From positions 147,492-211,491 of the forward strand of contig CM074822.1 in assembly GCA_037447605.1 (NCBI GenBank): DNA of 64,000 nucleotides, in the 5' to 3' direction. The position numbers were made by a program, and so were the translations under genes. Below the pieces are notes generated by a model, which did not search any database, was not told the DNA's origin, and was given only the letters and a program-made list of their open reading frames with translations. Positions 1 through 16,259 of this stretch are shown in pieces. The DNA comes from Zygnema circumcarinatum SAG 698-1b (taxonomy: Eukaryota > Plantae > Zygnematophyceae). Positions within the stretch are counted from its first letter, which is position 1, and each line of letters begins with the position of its first letter.

Positions 1-682
1 GACCCTCTATATGTGATGGAATCTGCTGCTGATCCTGACTCGACCCTCGTCATCTACATGGGCCTTGCCACCCTCCCCGGCATGGCCCAAAAGTTGATTG
101 CTAATGGCCTGCCAGCATCTACACCGGCAGTTGCAGTCGAGAGGGGGACTACACCCAGTCAGCGTACGGTAAGCTAAGGGAAGCTCATGCATTGCTGCGA
201 CTTTCAATGCTCCATGTTTGGGAGACACTACTTGTTTCCAATCACGAAACGGTTGTTGGATAGGAGACATATGGTAGATGCGAAGAAGAAGAAGAAGAAG
301 AAGAAGTCGTAGCTGACATAGGAATTGGGCTCAATGTATGACCCCTCTGACCCAGTAAGGGTTTGTCACATGCCTGCAGGTTTTCGCTCAACTGAAGGAT
401 CTGCCAAAAGCAGTTGAAGCTGCCCAACTTGTATCACCGACTCTCATTTTGGTCGGCCAAGTTGTGGCCCTATCCCACCTGTGGCCCAGGAGCACTGCAG
501 CAGCCGACGACCAATCAGAATGTTCCACTTTGGCTCCCTCTGAAGTGGAGACAACACCGGGAGTCGGCCCTTCACAGTCTGTCATAAGGAAAGGCGGGGG
601 GGAGCCAAGAAACAGAACGTTGAGAGGGGCAGATCCCTCTCTGCCTAGCCAGCGCAGCAGTTCAGAGGTCCGTCCCTTGTAG
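1..682 (+). CDS. UPM1: Uroporphyrinogen-III C-methyltransferase (SUMT, siroheme synthesis), last two exons, 5' truncated
   Basis: Exon 1-168 in frame 1 reads DPLYVMESAADPDSTLVIYMGLATLPGMAQKLIANGLPASTPAVAVERGTTPSQRT. GT-AG intron 169-379. Exon 380-682 reads VFAQLKDL..LVSPTLILVGQVVALSHLWP..stop. Matches the plant UPM1 C-terminus (LVVYMG, AVERGTT, SPTLI). Confidence 0.93.
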
Positions 683-1509
683 AGGTGTATTGCAAAGTTG
701 CTAAACCCGTAATTACATAGCGGCGGGTTTTAAGTTTCACTTTAACGGCTCTGGCTTTGTGCGTTCGCTCACGCGCGTTGAGGAGGGTGCCGGAGCCTTC
801 ACTTTTGGCACGAGGCAAGCTAAGGGTACAATCCTTTGCTGCGACGTGGCCATTCATTCCACTCCAATTCTTTCTTCGGGTCCGAGGATTTTCCAATCAA
901 GTTCTACGACAATGCAAATCCGCAAAGTAGAGGACCACGTGAATAAGCAAGCCTACATGGGGATGACCTGAAAGGGAAGTTACTGGGAGCGAATGCTCAT
1001 TGCAGTCGTATTGACTGCTTTTTTTTTTCTTTCTGCAGGGCGATGTTTAGAAGGCTCTGCTGCTGCAGTCCTTATGTTGATTACCTGAATAAATGTATGT
1101 GTGGAAAATGTATTGGGGTTGTAGGGTTTAAGGTATGTAGAGGTTCTAGGGTGTAGACCGAAAGCCCTGGAAATAAATGTTATCATTCATTGTCGGAATA
1201 AATTGAAATATGCGTCACATGCATTGGTTGTGTCGGCGTTGTCTCTGTTGTGTGAGGGCCTTATCCGCGTATGCCCACTCGCCCATCTGTCCGCCTTTCA
1301 TTCTGTCCCTCTGTTTGCTTGTCTGTCTGTCGATCTGCTCTCAAATTTTAGTTGTGAACAATAAACCAAAGCATCATGTATCATCAGCTGCACATTGTCT
1401 CAGATTGTCAAAAGGTACTACAAGCATACGGAGCATGATCGCGTGGCTGTTACTTCAGGACGAGTGGTCGTACAGTGGAAGGAAAAAAGAAGCTGGTATG
1501 TGGTATATC

Positions 1510-3643
1510 TCAGAGACTGAGCATGTGCGCCCATCTCAAATAGAGGCGGAAAACTAAATACAACAAAAGGCAGAGCCCAGAAACTGTGGACACAAACACC
1601 ACAAAGGTTTTCTCTGGGGGCTGATCATACATCCAGTTGTGAAGGTTCATTCCGCAGGAGCTGATGAAAACCAGACCCACAGTGAGAGTGCAGTTGGCAG
1701 AGCTCAGGTGCAGACGGAACTGAATCAGTTGGTTTCGACGCCGATCCAGCTCAATATTTACATAGTCTTCCGTGTCGTCAATGTTCTCCCGTAACTGCAT
1801 CATAGAGCTCCCACCTGGTTAATGAAGGGAAGCAAAATTTCGAAACTGGAGAAAGCATGGTCGTTTCACCCACTTCCCAGAGATTGATGAACAACAACAC
1901 ACACACAGATTGAGCACACACGAGATTAAGGAGCTGACGGCCTACCATGTTTAACTTGTTCAGTGTTCCGTCCACCTGCATGAAGTACGCTTCCAGAAGC
2001 ATCTCAAGCTCCACCACATCTAACGAGTCCCCGGGCTCACTCATGTTCAACTCTAAGCTGCCTTGTCTTAAAACTCTTCCTTTCCCAGCTGCGGAACTAA
2101 CTGTAGGAGAGTCAGGAACTCTTAATGACATAAGTCGATGGCGAGTCAAGTACAAATCAGACATGTCATTGTCGTCATCTAATAGCTGCTCCAATTCCTC
2201 TCGAACCTGTGTAGCACAAAGAAACAACAGCTTCTCATAGGGTGGCGAGAACCAATGTCGGTCCAGCATCATTCGTAAGAAAGTCTCCATTCTTCATTAG
2301 AGTACGTGCAAAAGTGACCTAGAAGATAATGTAGAAACTTCACTTTTGCAATCTTGAATCTTGAAATTCAGCAGTGGGCTCATTTTGCATATCGCAATCG
2401 TATAAAAAATAAAACCGTCACAAAGACCAACTCTGGCCATCGACCTGGTTGGAACTGTCCAAGGCCCAACAATCAAAACACTGTGTACAAGGTCAAAGTT
2501 TCAACAGATCAACGCACCTTCTGTACTCTTGCTGTGAGACGTGTCATGCGACTCTTCACGTCACGAACTTCCTCCAGGCTTTCTGTGCTCACTCCTCTCC
2601 GCAGCTCTTCCAAAACTGGCAATGTGTGCTGCTCCAAAGTCTGAGTGCTGGCATCAAGATGGTGCAGGACTGTTTCCAAAATAAGTTCCAAAACTCGGAA
2701 TTCAAACGGCAGCATGTCCGGCTCGTCCACACGTGTCGGAGTGTTCATTCTCTCTGCCCCAGTACTAACCAAGGCGCTAATCTTTCTTGAATCTTCTACT
2801 TCTTCTCCAGCTTGTCCCATCAATTTCTCCTTCAAGGCTTCCGAACTCGGCGAAGAAATCATAGGTTGAACTAAGGGATTTTCCAAAAAAGCAGTATCAA
2901 AACTGAAGTATTGTCTGGGAGCTGGACTTCTTGTCAAAGTACTTGCGGAGATACCGTGACATTGCAGCATGTTTTGCAGCTTGTTCACGAATTGACAAAC
3001 AGCTTGATCACTAGGGTTAAGTACAAGGACCTCCTCCGCAGTGACAATAGCCTTTATGTGTTCCAAGTTCACCAGCATTGCACGCTCCCTTGCTGCCCTT
3101 CTCCGACAGAAACATCCATCCATACTTGCAATTATCAGCTCCAGCACATGTTTGTCAATTTGTCACCTGCTTTGCACTTTTCGAGTATGCAAACACTTGA
3201 AACAACACGAGAAAGAGAGTCGCAAACGCCCAAAATTTGAGCCGCTGACCGATACAAATTGTTTATGAATGATACGCAGGACAACCGCATGAAAATGAAA
3301 ATGGACATGTTTGCGATTAACAAGATTTCACGAAGGATGCGAGCATCTAACACACTCGGTTGCTCTGAAAGGAGAATTGTCAGGAAATGAGGAGAAGTGA
3401 TATGAGTGGGCAAAAGGGCTGACCTAGAATTGCAGCAGACGCTGAAAAGAGAGGGCCGAGCACTCTCAAGTCGCGAGCAGGAATGGCCGTTATCCGCATG
3501 ATGTCGCGCTTCTCGAGCTCGGCAATCTCGCAGCCGCCGCGAATGTCTGCAGTCAGCCATGTCCGCCCGGTTCCCTTCTTCTTCTTTGCCTTCTTCTGAG
3601 TCAGCGCGACCTCCAGCAACCCTCCTTCAACAGCCATGGCCAT
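1510..3643 (-). CDS. MRS2: MRS2/MGT CorA-family magnesium transporter, 4 exons
   Basis: Motifs in order across ORFs 3380-3688, 2509-3147, 1778-2290 and 1510-1803: IPARDLRVL, RERAMLVNLEHIKAIVTAEEVLV, LPFEFRVLE, VREELEQLLDDDNDMSDLYLT, ELEMLLEAYF, DDTEDYVNIELD, then GMN between two C-terminal TM helices. Start ATG at 3643 is inferred. Confidence 0.93.
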
Positions 3644-3759
3644 GGCTGCTGCAGATGGCACGGCACCTGCATCAAGGAAATTCTGCAAACATATTATAGT
3701 TTAATGGGGCGAGATGTGCGCATTGACTGCATTGACGCGCGCGAGCTGTGAAGGGAAGT

Positions 3760-3872
3760 GGCACTGATCTCACGATGGCGAGGATGCCATCAAATGTACA
3801 TGGCCAAACTCTGCATCATGGGGAACCACGAAGAGGAACTGGGCGCAAAGGACCTCAGGGGACCTAAGAAAA
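3760..3872 (+). repeat. Dispersed ~120-bp repeat, copy A
   Basis: GGCACTGATCTCACGATGGCGAGG..CAAATGTACATGGCC..GGGGAACCACG..CGCAAAGGACCT aligns by eye with 24310-24420(-), 44631-44760 and 60323-60452. Confidence 0.75.
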
Positions 3873-4213
3873 CTTTGAGAGTACCTTCACATAGTTTTGG
3901 ACAAATGAAGGCCCTCAAGTTTTGTGTCTGGTACAAAAGGGCGCATGTCTGGTCATGGTATGGAGCATTGGAATGGTTCCCAACCATTGGGTTCAATTAT
4001 TGCCAGCCATTGCCAATGAGTTGACGACCAACCAAAAGCAACTCAGCCAATCCCAATTCACGTGTACATATGCCACAGTTACGCTGCAATCTGGCCTGCT
4101 CTGAGCGTTTTACGCTTCCTCTGAACTTGAACTGTAGCATGGAGGGGGGAGGTCGTCCTGTCGTGTACGGATAGACCGTACGTTCGTACGCTCCCGCCGC
4201 CGCCTGCCTCATT

Positions 4214-4932
4214 GGAAAATTCTAGTCTCACACCTTTTTTGTCTACACACAGACCTTTTTTCGCCGGGCAGAATTTAAAATAGACAAAAAAGGATTAATA
4301 ACTGAAAATGCTTTTTTCAGACCTTTTTGGAATCGATACACACCTTTTTCCGTCGGGCTGATTTTACCCCTATTTTTTTTTTATTCAGAGAAAAAAATAT
4401 CGGCCTGCCCGAATCCGGTCGGAGTCGAAGATCCGTCCGCCACGAGATCGTTCTCGAGTGGCCGTCATTCACACGTGCAATGAAGTTCTGCCGTCGATTC
4501 TCGCGCAGATCGCACCACAGGAAATCGCCGTTCGATCGGCAGACCGGGCTCGGTCCCAGCGAATGGCACACGCCCACGTGTCCCACCCAAGGGCATAAAG
4601 GTCCCTACAAAATTCGTACGGTTAAAGCTTCTAGGAAAGTCGAAATACCGTACATTGAGAGCCTAAACCAATCACAGTGTGCCACGTCATATAGTTATTA
4701 TTGGTGGTCATATGGCGGACCGATCTTCCGCTCCGAGCGGATTTGGGCAGGCGTCTCTGAAAATAAAAAAATAAGGGGTAAAATCAGCCCGACGAAAAAA
4801 GGTGTGTATCGATTCCAAAAAGGTGTGAAAAAAGCATTTTCGGTTATTAATCCTTTTTTGTCTATTTTAAAATGTGCCCGGTGAAAAAAGGTCTGTGCGT
4901 AGACAAAAAAGATGTGAGAATAAGAATTTTCC
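4214..4932. mobile_element. Non-autonomous long-TIR (foldback/MULE-like) DNA transposon, copy 1, 719 bp, 8-bp TSD GCCTCATT
   Basis: Begins GGAAAATTCTAGTCTCACACC and ends GATGTGAGAATAAGAATTTTCC, with ~210-bp imperfect inverted arms. GCCTCATT is at 4206-4213 and 4933-4940. Homologous to 59050-59869. Confidence 0.88.
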
Positions 4933-4940
4933 GCCTCATT

Positions 4941-5100
4941 AAGTGCCGTACGGTACCTTTGGACCATTGCCTGTACAGTACTGTACTTCCCTCCTGTCGT
5001 GTACTGTACTTTATGGATGTTCGTACGTTCGTACTCTCCCGCTGCCGCCTGCCTCATTAAGTGCCGTACGGCACCTTTGGACATTCCCCTGTACTTCTGC
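4941..5100 (+). repeat. 118-bp-period GTAC-rich direct repeat hosting the transposon
   Basis: AAGTGCCGTACGG(T/C)ACCTTTGGAC starts at both 4941 and 5059. CGTACGTTCGTAC..GCCGCCTGCCTCATT occurs at about 4177-4213 and 5022-5058. Confidence 0.8.
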
Positions 5101-6080
5101 TCCGCTGCTTCTTCTTCTGATTCTGCTTCTGGCCGCCGTACAGGACCGGCAGAGGAAAGGCCAATAACTGGCCGCCACGTTACAAATTCTAATTGCCCTG
5201 CGTCGAAGTCAGGGGCAATTTTGAGAAAAGTGGGGTGTGCGCCTATGACCTTTTTCCTCAAAAAAAGGAAAATTCTCAACATGTTCGGATGTACGGTCAG
5301 GAGAGGATATTATTCCCTTGCGCCTTTGGGAGACCGTACGGATCGAAAAGAACCTTTTTTGGGCCTCAGGAAAATCACTTTTTCCTGGCCAACCGACATT
5401 AAACGTGAAAATAATTTCTGGGCTGGTCAGATCTTGGCGACATGGCGGACACTTGGTGGACCGTTTCGTCGTTGACTAAGACCAGCCAATGGCGTCTCAC
5501 CGAATTTTTCCTCCCAATAATAATGCTGTACCAGAGGGCACCGCGAATAAAAAAAACTTCTAAAATATAACATTTCTAATCCAATATGTACGGCGGGAGA
5601 AATGTTCGTACAACAAATATCTGACATCGAGGTACTGCTGGTATTGCGGCGCGCGCCAGCTCAGCCGCAGTAGACGAGGCAGCAGCGTCCTCGGAGAGGT
5701 TACCTGGGCGTCCTCTCCCGTGGGACTGACGTCTCAGAGAGGCTACTTGAGCGTCCTCTGCGTGATACCGTCCCATTAGAAGCTATCCGCGCTTTATAGT
5801 AGAGACAAACATCCATCCATCCAGCAGACAGGAGAGCTGTCTGTCCTGAGGCGGACAGGACCAGGGACTTCTGATATCTTTGCAGCTGCATATGTATATG
5901 TATATGTATATGCCGCAGGAGCTGCAATATCAATATTAGTATTGCAGCGACAATATTGGAGTCTGTAAGCATCTGGGAGTTCTTAGAAAAGCGGATAGTA
6001 TTGTTCGCTGGTAGAGCTGTTTGCTCTTCGGTTTGGAGTTTCAACAAGTAATTTGTTGGTGAGGGTAAAGGAAGGACGCC

Positions 6081-8765
6081 ATGGATGTGAAGGTGATTCT
6101 GGCAGAAACGCGGGAGAAACTGAAAGCACTGCCAAGTCGGCCTGCTCCAGATGCAGTTGAGAGGGCGCGGAGGTCGATAGCTGCCATAGACAAGAAGCTC
6201 GCGAGCAAGCTGGAAGTCTTTATGGCTGCAGCCGTCCCTGCTGGCGCCAATCCAGTGCAGGTCCAAGAGCTGCAGGTAACTGCCGTCGATCGTTACGAAC
6301 TATTTATCGCAAGCAACTTGTCCTTTTCTGTTTTCTTTTTGTTCCTTCAGCTGCTGTTTTTCTCTGGCGTTGAGCGCATGTCGAAGAACCGTGTTTGTTT
6401 TCTTTTTTTGGGCGATTGTCTGCTTTGAGATGAGATTGTAATGCAGCATGTAGGCACTTCGAGTCAACGCTGCGGGAAGTGGTCATTTGTTACTGTTTTT
6501 TTTAGCGGAAGACTGAGCCTTGCGCTTTTAATTATTGTTTTAGCTGTAGTTACGGACGAAGCCAACTGCCGTTTGCATAGTCGGACTTTGCATGCTTTAC
6601 ATTCCTTCATGAAATGCTCGCGGCTAGCTTTTAGTGTTCTTATTCGAAACCTGAGCTGCCTTTTGCCTTGTAGGAAAGGAAGAAGGCAGCCGCCGTCCAC
6701 GAAGCAGAGGCCGACAAGGGGAAGCATATTGCAGTTATCGACCTTGAAACTCAGTACAGGCACTTTGAGGACGTTATCCGTCGCGGGGAGCTTGCATCCA
6801 TTGGCGGTGATGATACAAATGAGGCGGAGCTTTTAATCAAAGAAGAAATTGCGCGCAAGCTTGCTGATGATATCCAAGTTGTTATCAAGAATGAGGTCAA
6901 GGAGGTCGACTGGAGCTGCAGGGAGTTGGAATTTCTTCCCGAGACCTTCGGAAAAATGGTTTCTGTTACGTCTCTGGATGTTTCGAGAAACTTTCTGGAG
7001 GTAAATTGCTGAGCGTCCAAAAAGGCAATCATAACTGAGAGGATTTCTGTTTGAAAAAATTATCTACGTTGATCTCTTTGAATGTATTCATGAGAGAAAG
7101 GTTTGCGTCTTACTTCATTGTGATTCAGAGCTTTGATTTTATAAAAAAAAACACCATGCCTACCATGACTGCTCCTTAACCTGCACCTGCTTCTTTGGCC
7201 CTCGTAGCGCAACACGTTCTTCCGTTGTGTACGAGTTAAGACATGCTGCGGACAGATGTCACATTCCATTGAAGAAGGATGCGATTCTGTCCTCGCAGTT
7301 CCAAAGATTCCTCTGTGTGATTGAAATAATCTGTCTGCCATTGATTGTTTTGTTTGATAAGTTGTGGGATTGGCCACACAGGTGTTGCCAGACGCCATTG
7401 CTGGTGTTGTACATCTTCAAGTGCTGGACCTCACCAGCAATCGTCTTCGTCGCTTACCAGATTCTATTGGCGCTCTGAGCCAGCTGCGACGACTAATTGT
7501 GGCCCGGAACAAGCTGTTTGAGTTGCCCCAGTCCATTTGCAACTGCAGGTAAAGGAGACATTATTCCGACAATTGGAAACCTAGCTTGCCTTCAAGTAGA
7601 ACTTTTTTGAGTTGTAGAGTGGAAGTGGATGATTTTTGTTATTCCTCCCCTCTCTAGCACTTCGTATCTTGAGGGAAGAAGTTTGTTTTGAGCGGGTATT
7701 TGGAGAGGAGTTCGTCATTCAGTGTTTTGAAGAATGTTTTTATCTGAATAATCCACTAACCGAGGAAACATCAGAAACTCCAGTAAACGAATGGAAGTCT
7801 TCCTAGGCAGACTCGACTTAGAAGTCAACGATGATTCGAATTAGTGTATGCACGTACATTTGTGTTTGAAGTTTTGATAACTTTGGTCCCAAGATGTTGA
7901 CGCAATGTGATTTCTGCCCCGAGCCAGTTATGAATAGCGAACCATGTCCGATATGATCCGTCTCTGTGAAGGAAGGCATTCACTGATGTCCAGTGCGATG
8001 TGTGAGTCGTGGGAGCATTTAGGGTATTGACTAGCTTACTGTGTGCGTTGTTTCTTCAGACTGCTGGAGGAACTGGACCTGACATTCAACGACCTGGAAA
8101 CGCTTCCTGATCAGCTGGGCGAGTACCTTTCCAACCTGCGGCGCCTTGCTGTCGGCCTTAACAAGATTAAATACCTTCCGTCCACCATTACCAAGTTGAC
8201 AGAACTCACCCACCTGGATGTGCACTTCAATCAGCTCCAGGCGTTGCCGTCTACTATTGATAACCTTTATAAATTGCAGGTTTTGAATGTTAGTGACAAC
8301 TTCTCTGACCTTACGTCCATCCCTGCTTCGCTCGGCAACATCAGCACTCTGGTGGAACTCAATCTCAGCAATAACCAGATCCACCATCTCCCAATCGAGA
8401 TCGGCAGGCTGACAGGACTGAAGAAGCTTGAACTGCAGGGGAATCCTTGGAAAAACCCTCCCTTGGAGTTCCTGGTTGGCAAGGATCACGACTCCCTCAT
8501 GCAATTTTTGCAGCAGCTCTACAAAACTGGTCCTAACCAGAAAGAGGATTCTCCGCTTGTGTCTTTCGCCAACTGGTTGAACAGTGTCTTTTATGGAAGA
8601 TTTGATTTTGGAGCTTGGCTGAACAGTATTGTCAGCGGTGTCCAGTTCCCACAGCTGCTGGGCCTTCCCCCACCGTCGCGAAGGTCTTCAGTGACTGAGT
8701 TGCGCTCTTTGGAAAACGTGAAGGACCATGATTTGGAAGGGGGTAGCGGTTCAACTCCCACTTAA
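6081..8765 (+). CDS. PIRL: Plant intracellular Ras-group-related LRR protein (PIRL), 4 exons, ~464 aa
   Basis: Exons 6081-6275, 6674-7000, 7382-7548 and 8060-8765 join in frame with GT-AG. N-terminal coiled-coil (LPSRPAPDAVERARRSIAAID), then LRRs (LxxLDLxxNxLxxLPxxIG) ending LQGNPWKNPP. Confidence 0.88.
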
Positions 8766-9406
8766 CTTCGAGAAGTTGAGACGATGTTTCTGAAGAAAGG
8801 AACGAGGGCAGACAGAGAAGCCGAAGCCTTTGTTTCCAAAAGGTTGTCTTATGTTCTTCCAATACTCGAATGGAATGTTCTGGAGCTTGTACCAAAAACT
8901 ATGTAGTGGGGTAGGGAGTACAGAGTGGAAGTCAGGTGAGTCTGCTCTGTTTTGTACGTGATGGTTGAACGCCAAATTAAAAATGAATGCGATGTATGGG
9001 TGAGAAAGAAGGGAGGGACGCTCGGACGCTAGCCCTGTTAATAACGGGATGTATAAGGCTATCGACATAAGGCTGGCAGGGCAGTGCCATCCGCTTCCTT
9101 TGATGGCTTCGCACTTAGAGTAGGCAGGGGTGTAATTGGAGCCTATGGGCGGTTTTGGAGCAGGGTGCGGAGTTGGGCTAGTGGTGTCCAGTGTATATAG
9201 GAAGTTGGAGAGTACAGGAGAAGAGGGCTTGACCGCCTTGGGGTGGTTTCTCTTTCTAAATTGGGACTTGGACCTTCATTTCTTTTTGTAGTCGTATAAG
9301 ACGATTACCTATCTGGGATTTATGGATACATGTCTTGTTTGTATTTCTGAACGTTGTTTTGACCTCGGATGGTTGGTTGATTGTTGGGTTGAACCTGTGT
9401 TTATTA

Positions 9407-9606
9407 GGAGTGGTCAGACATTGACCATGGCCAAATCAATTTAGTAAGCCTGTCGGGCGAATTAAGCATTGGCTAGGTACGCATTTCGGTACGGTTGGGT
9501 TCGGCAGAGCCGCGGATCCCGACCCGGTATTCGTACACGAAGCTTTGACTTTTAGTATACTAATTTTGGGAATTTAGTACGGCCATGGTCAATGTCTGAC
9601 CCCCCC
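9407..9606. mobile_element. 200-bp MITE with 26-bp TIRs flanked by TA
   Basis: Left GGAGTGGTCAGACATTGACCATGGCC (9407-9432). The reverse complement of 9581-9606 is GGGGGGGTCAGACATTGACCATGGCC (24/26 match). TA at 9405-9406 and 9607-9608. Confidence 0.75.
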
Positions 9607-10005
9607 TATTGAGCATGTGGCGGTTACACCTTCAGAAGGTCCGAACAATGGCAAACAACCTGATTGTCGCTATGAGCATAGAAAAAAATCAAGGTGGTGT
9701 GCTAAATGCTTGTGAAAATCCGCGCTTTCCTCTCACTCTCGTCCTGACGAAAATTGCAGACACTGAACTCCGCCTCTAACCTCGCAAACCGAAAGATAGT
9801 TTCTCATCGTAGACTGGGGTTGGCGGCGAGGACGTCATCGTACGTCATGAGGTTACAAACTTTCCCAATAACACATTTTTAACTAAAACGTAATACATGT
9901 TCACCGTCGAACGGATTTCTAAATCTACGGACATAAATCGTTTTGTCTGGCAGGGCGGCCCCCTCTTTATCCACCAACGGATGGCGGCGCCAAAGGTGGG
10001 AAGCC

Positions 10006-15391
<5,386 letters not shown>

Positions 15392-15997
15392 CTTCATCCA
15401 GAGACTATTGGACTAACTTTATCGGGCTTATTACTTTATCGAGTGTTATAAAGTGAGGCATTTCGGCAGCATATGCATTAGCGCTTCAAAGTTGAATTTA
15501 GTGGACATGGTGGATTGGCTTTCTTTATCAATCTGCCTGCAGTTTTGGCAACAACTTTAGGATTTTCGAGGAACGCAGTTTCAATTCTCCATTTGTACTT
15601 CTATGTTCAAAAAAAAGGTCGTTCATTCTCGCTTCGTTCGTCATCCCTTTCTGTCCCCCTGATCTTCACTTTTTAAAGCCACCCTTTCGAAAAGAACAAA
15701 GAAAAAGCGCCTCCTTCACAAACAAGCCTTTTCACATACTAAAACACCATTGGTTACTTACGAGAAAGAAGGAGGCTTTGCCTTGCATCATCTTGCTGTC
15801 ATGGTACCATGGTTCATCATCATCACATCATCCAATCGTCATACAGGGATGGCAACATCATCGCCAGCCATACAAAGATGATGCGTTTCAACACATACAT
15901 CACTTTATTAGGACCTACAACGTGTACTGTGGTAGACAACCTGTGCATACTCAACTCCCTTAAATCCCTAAACACATTGAAACAGGGGAACGCCCAG

Positions 15998-16222
15998 TCA
16001 TCCCTTGGGCTTAAAGAAAGACCTCAAGCTGCCCTGCTGGGCGCCCTTAGCACCTTTTGGAGGCGCCTTTGCCGCAGCTCTCCCCCCGGTAGCAGAGGAA
16101 GGAGCTGAAGGCTTACCACTCCCCGGAGACTTCTTGTCGATCCCGCCCCCTGTAGGCTTCCTGCACCTCCAGCCGCCATATTACCAAAGGTGCATCAGGA
16201 GAAAGAGAGAGAGAGAGGGGGG

Positions 16223-16259
<37 letters not shown>

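Noticed and set aside
4327-5282. ORFs of 185-194 aa over the first foldback element, and ORFs at 58963-60089 over the second
   Set aside because: No DDE or other transposase motifs. The mirrored peptides come from the inverted repeats.
8740-8765. GGTTCAACTCC resembling a tRNA T-arm / B box
   Set aside because: It lies inside the PIRL coding end and no cloverleaf can be formed. No tRNA, rRNA or snRNA was recognised anywhere in the window.
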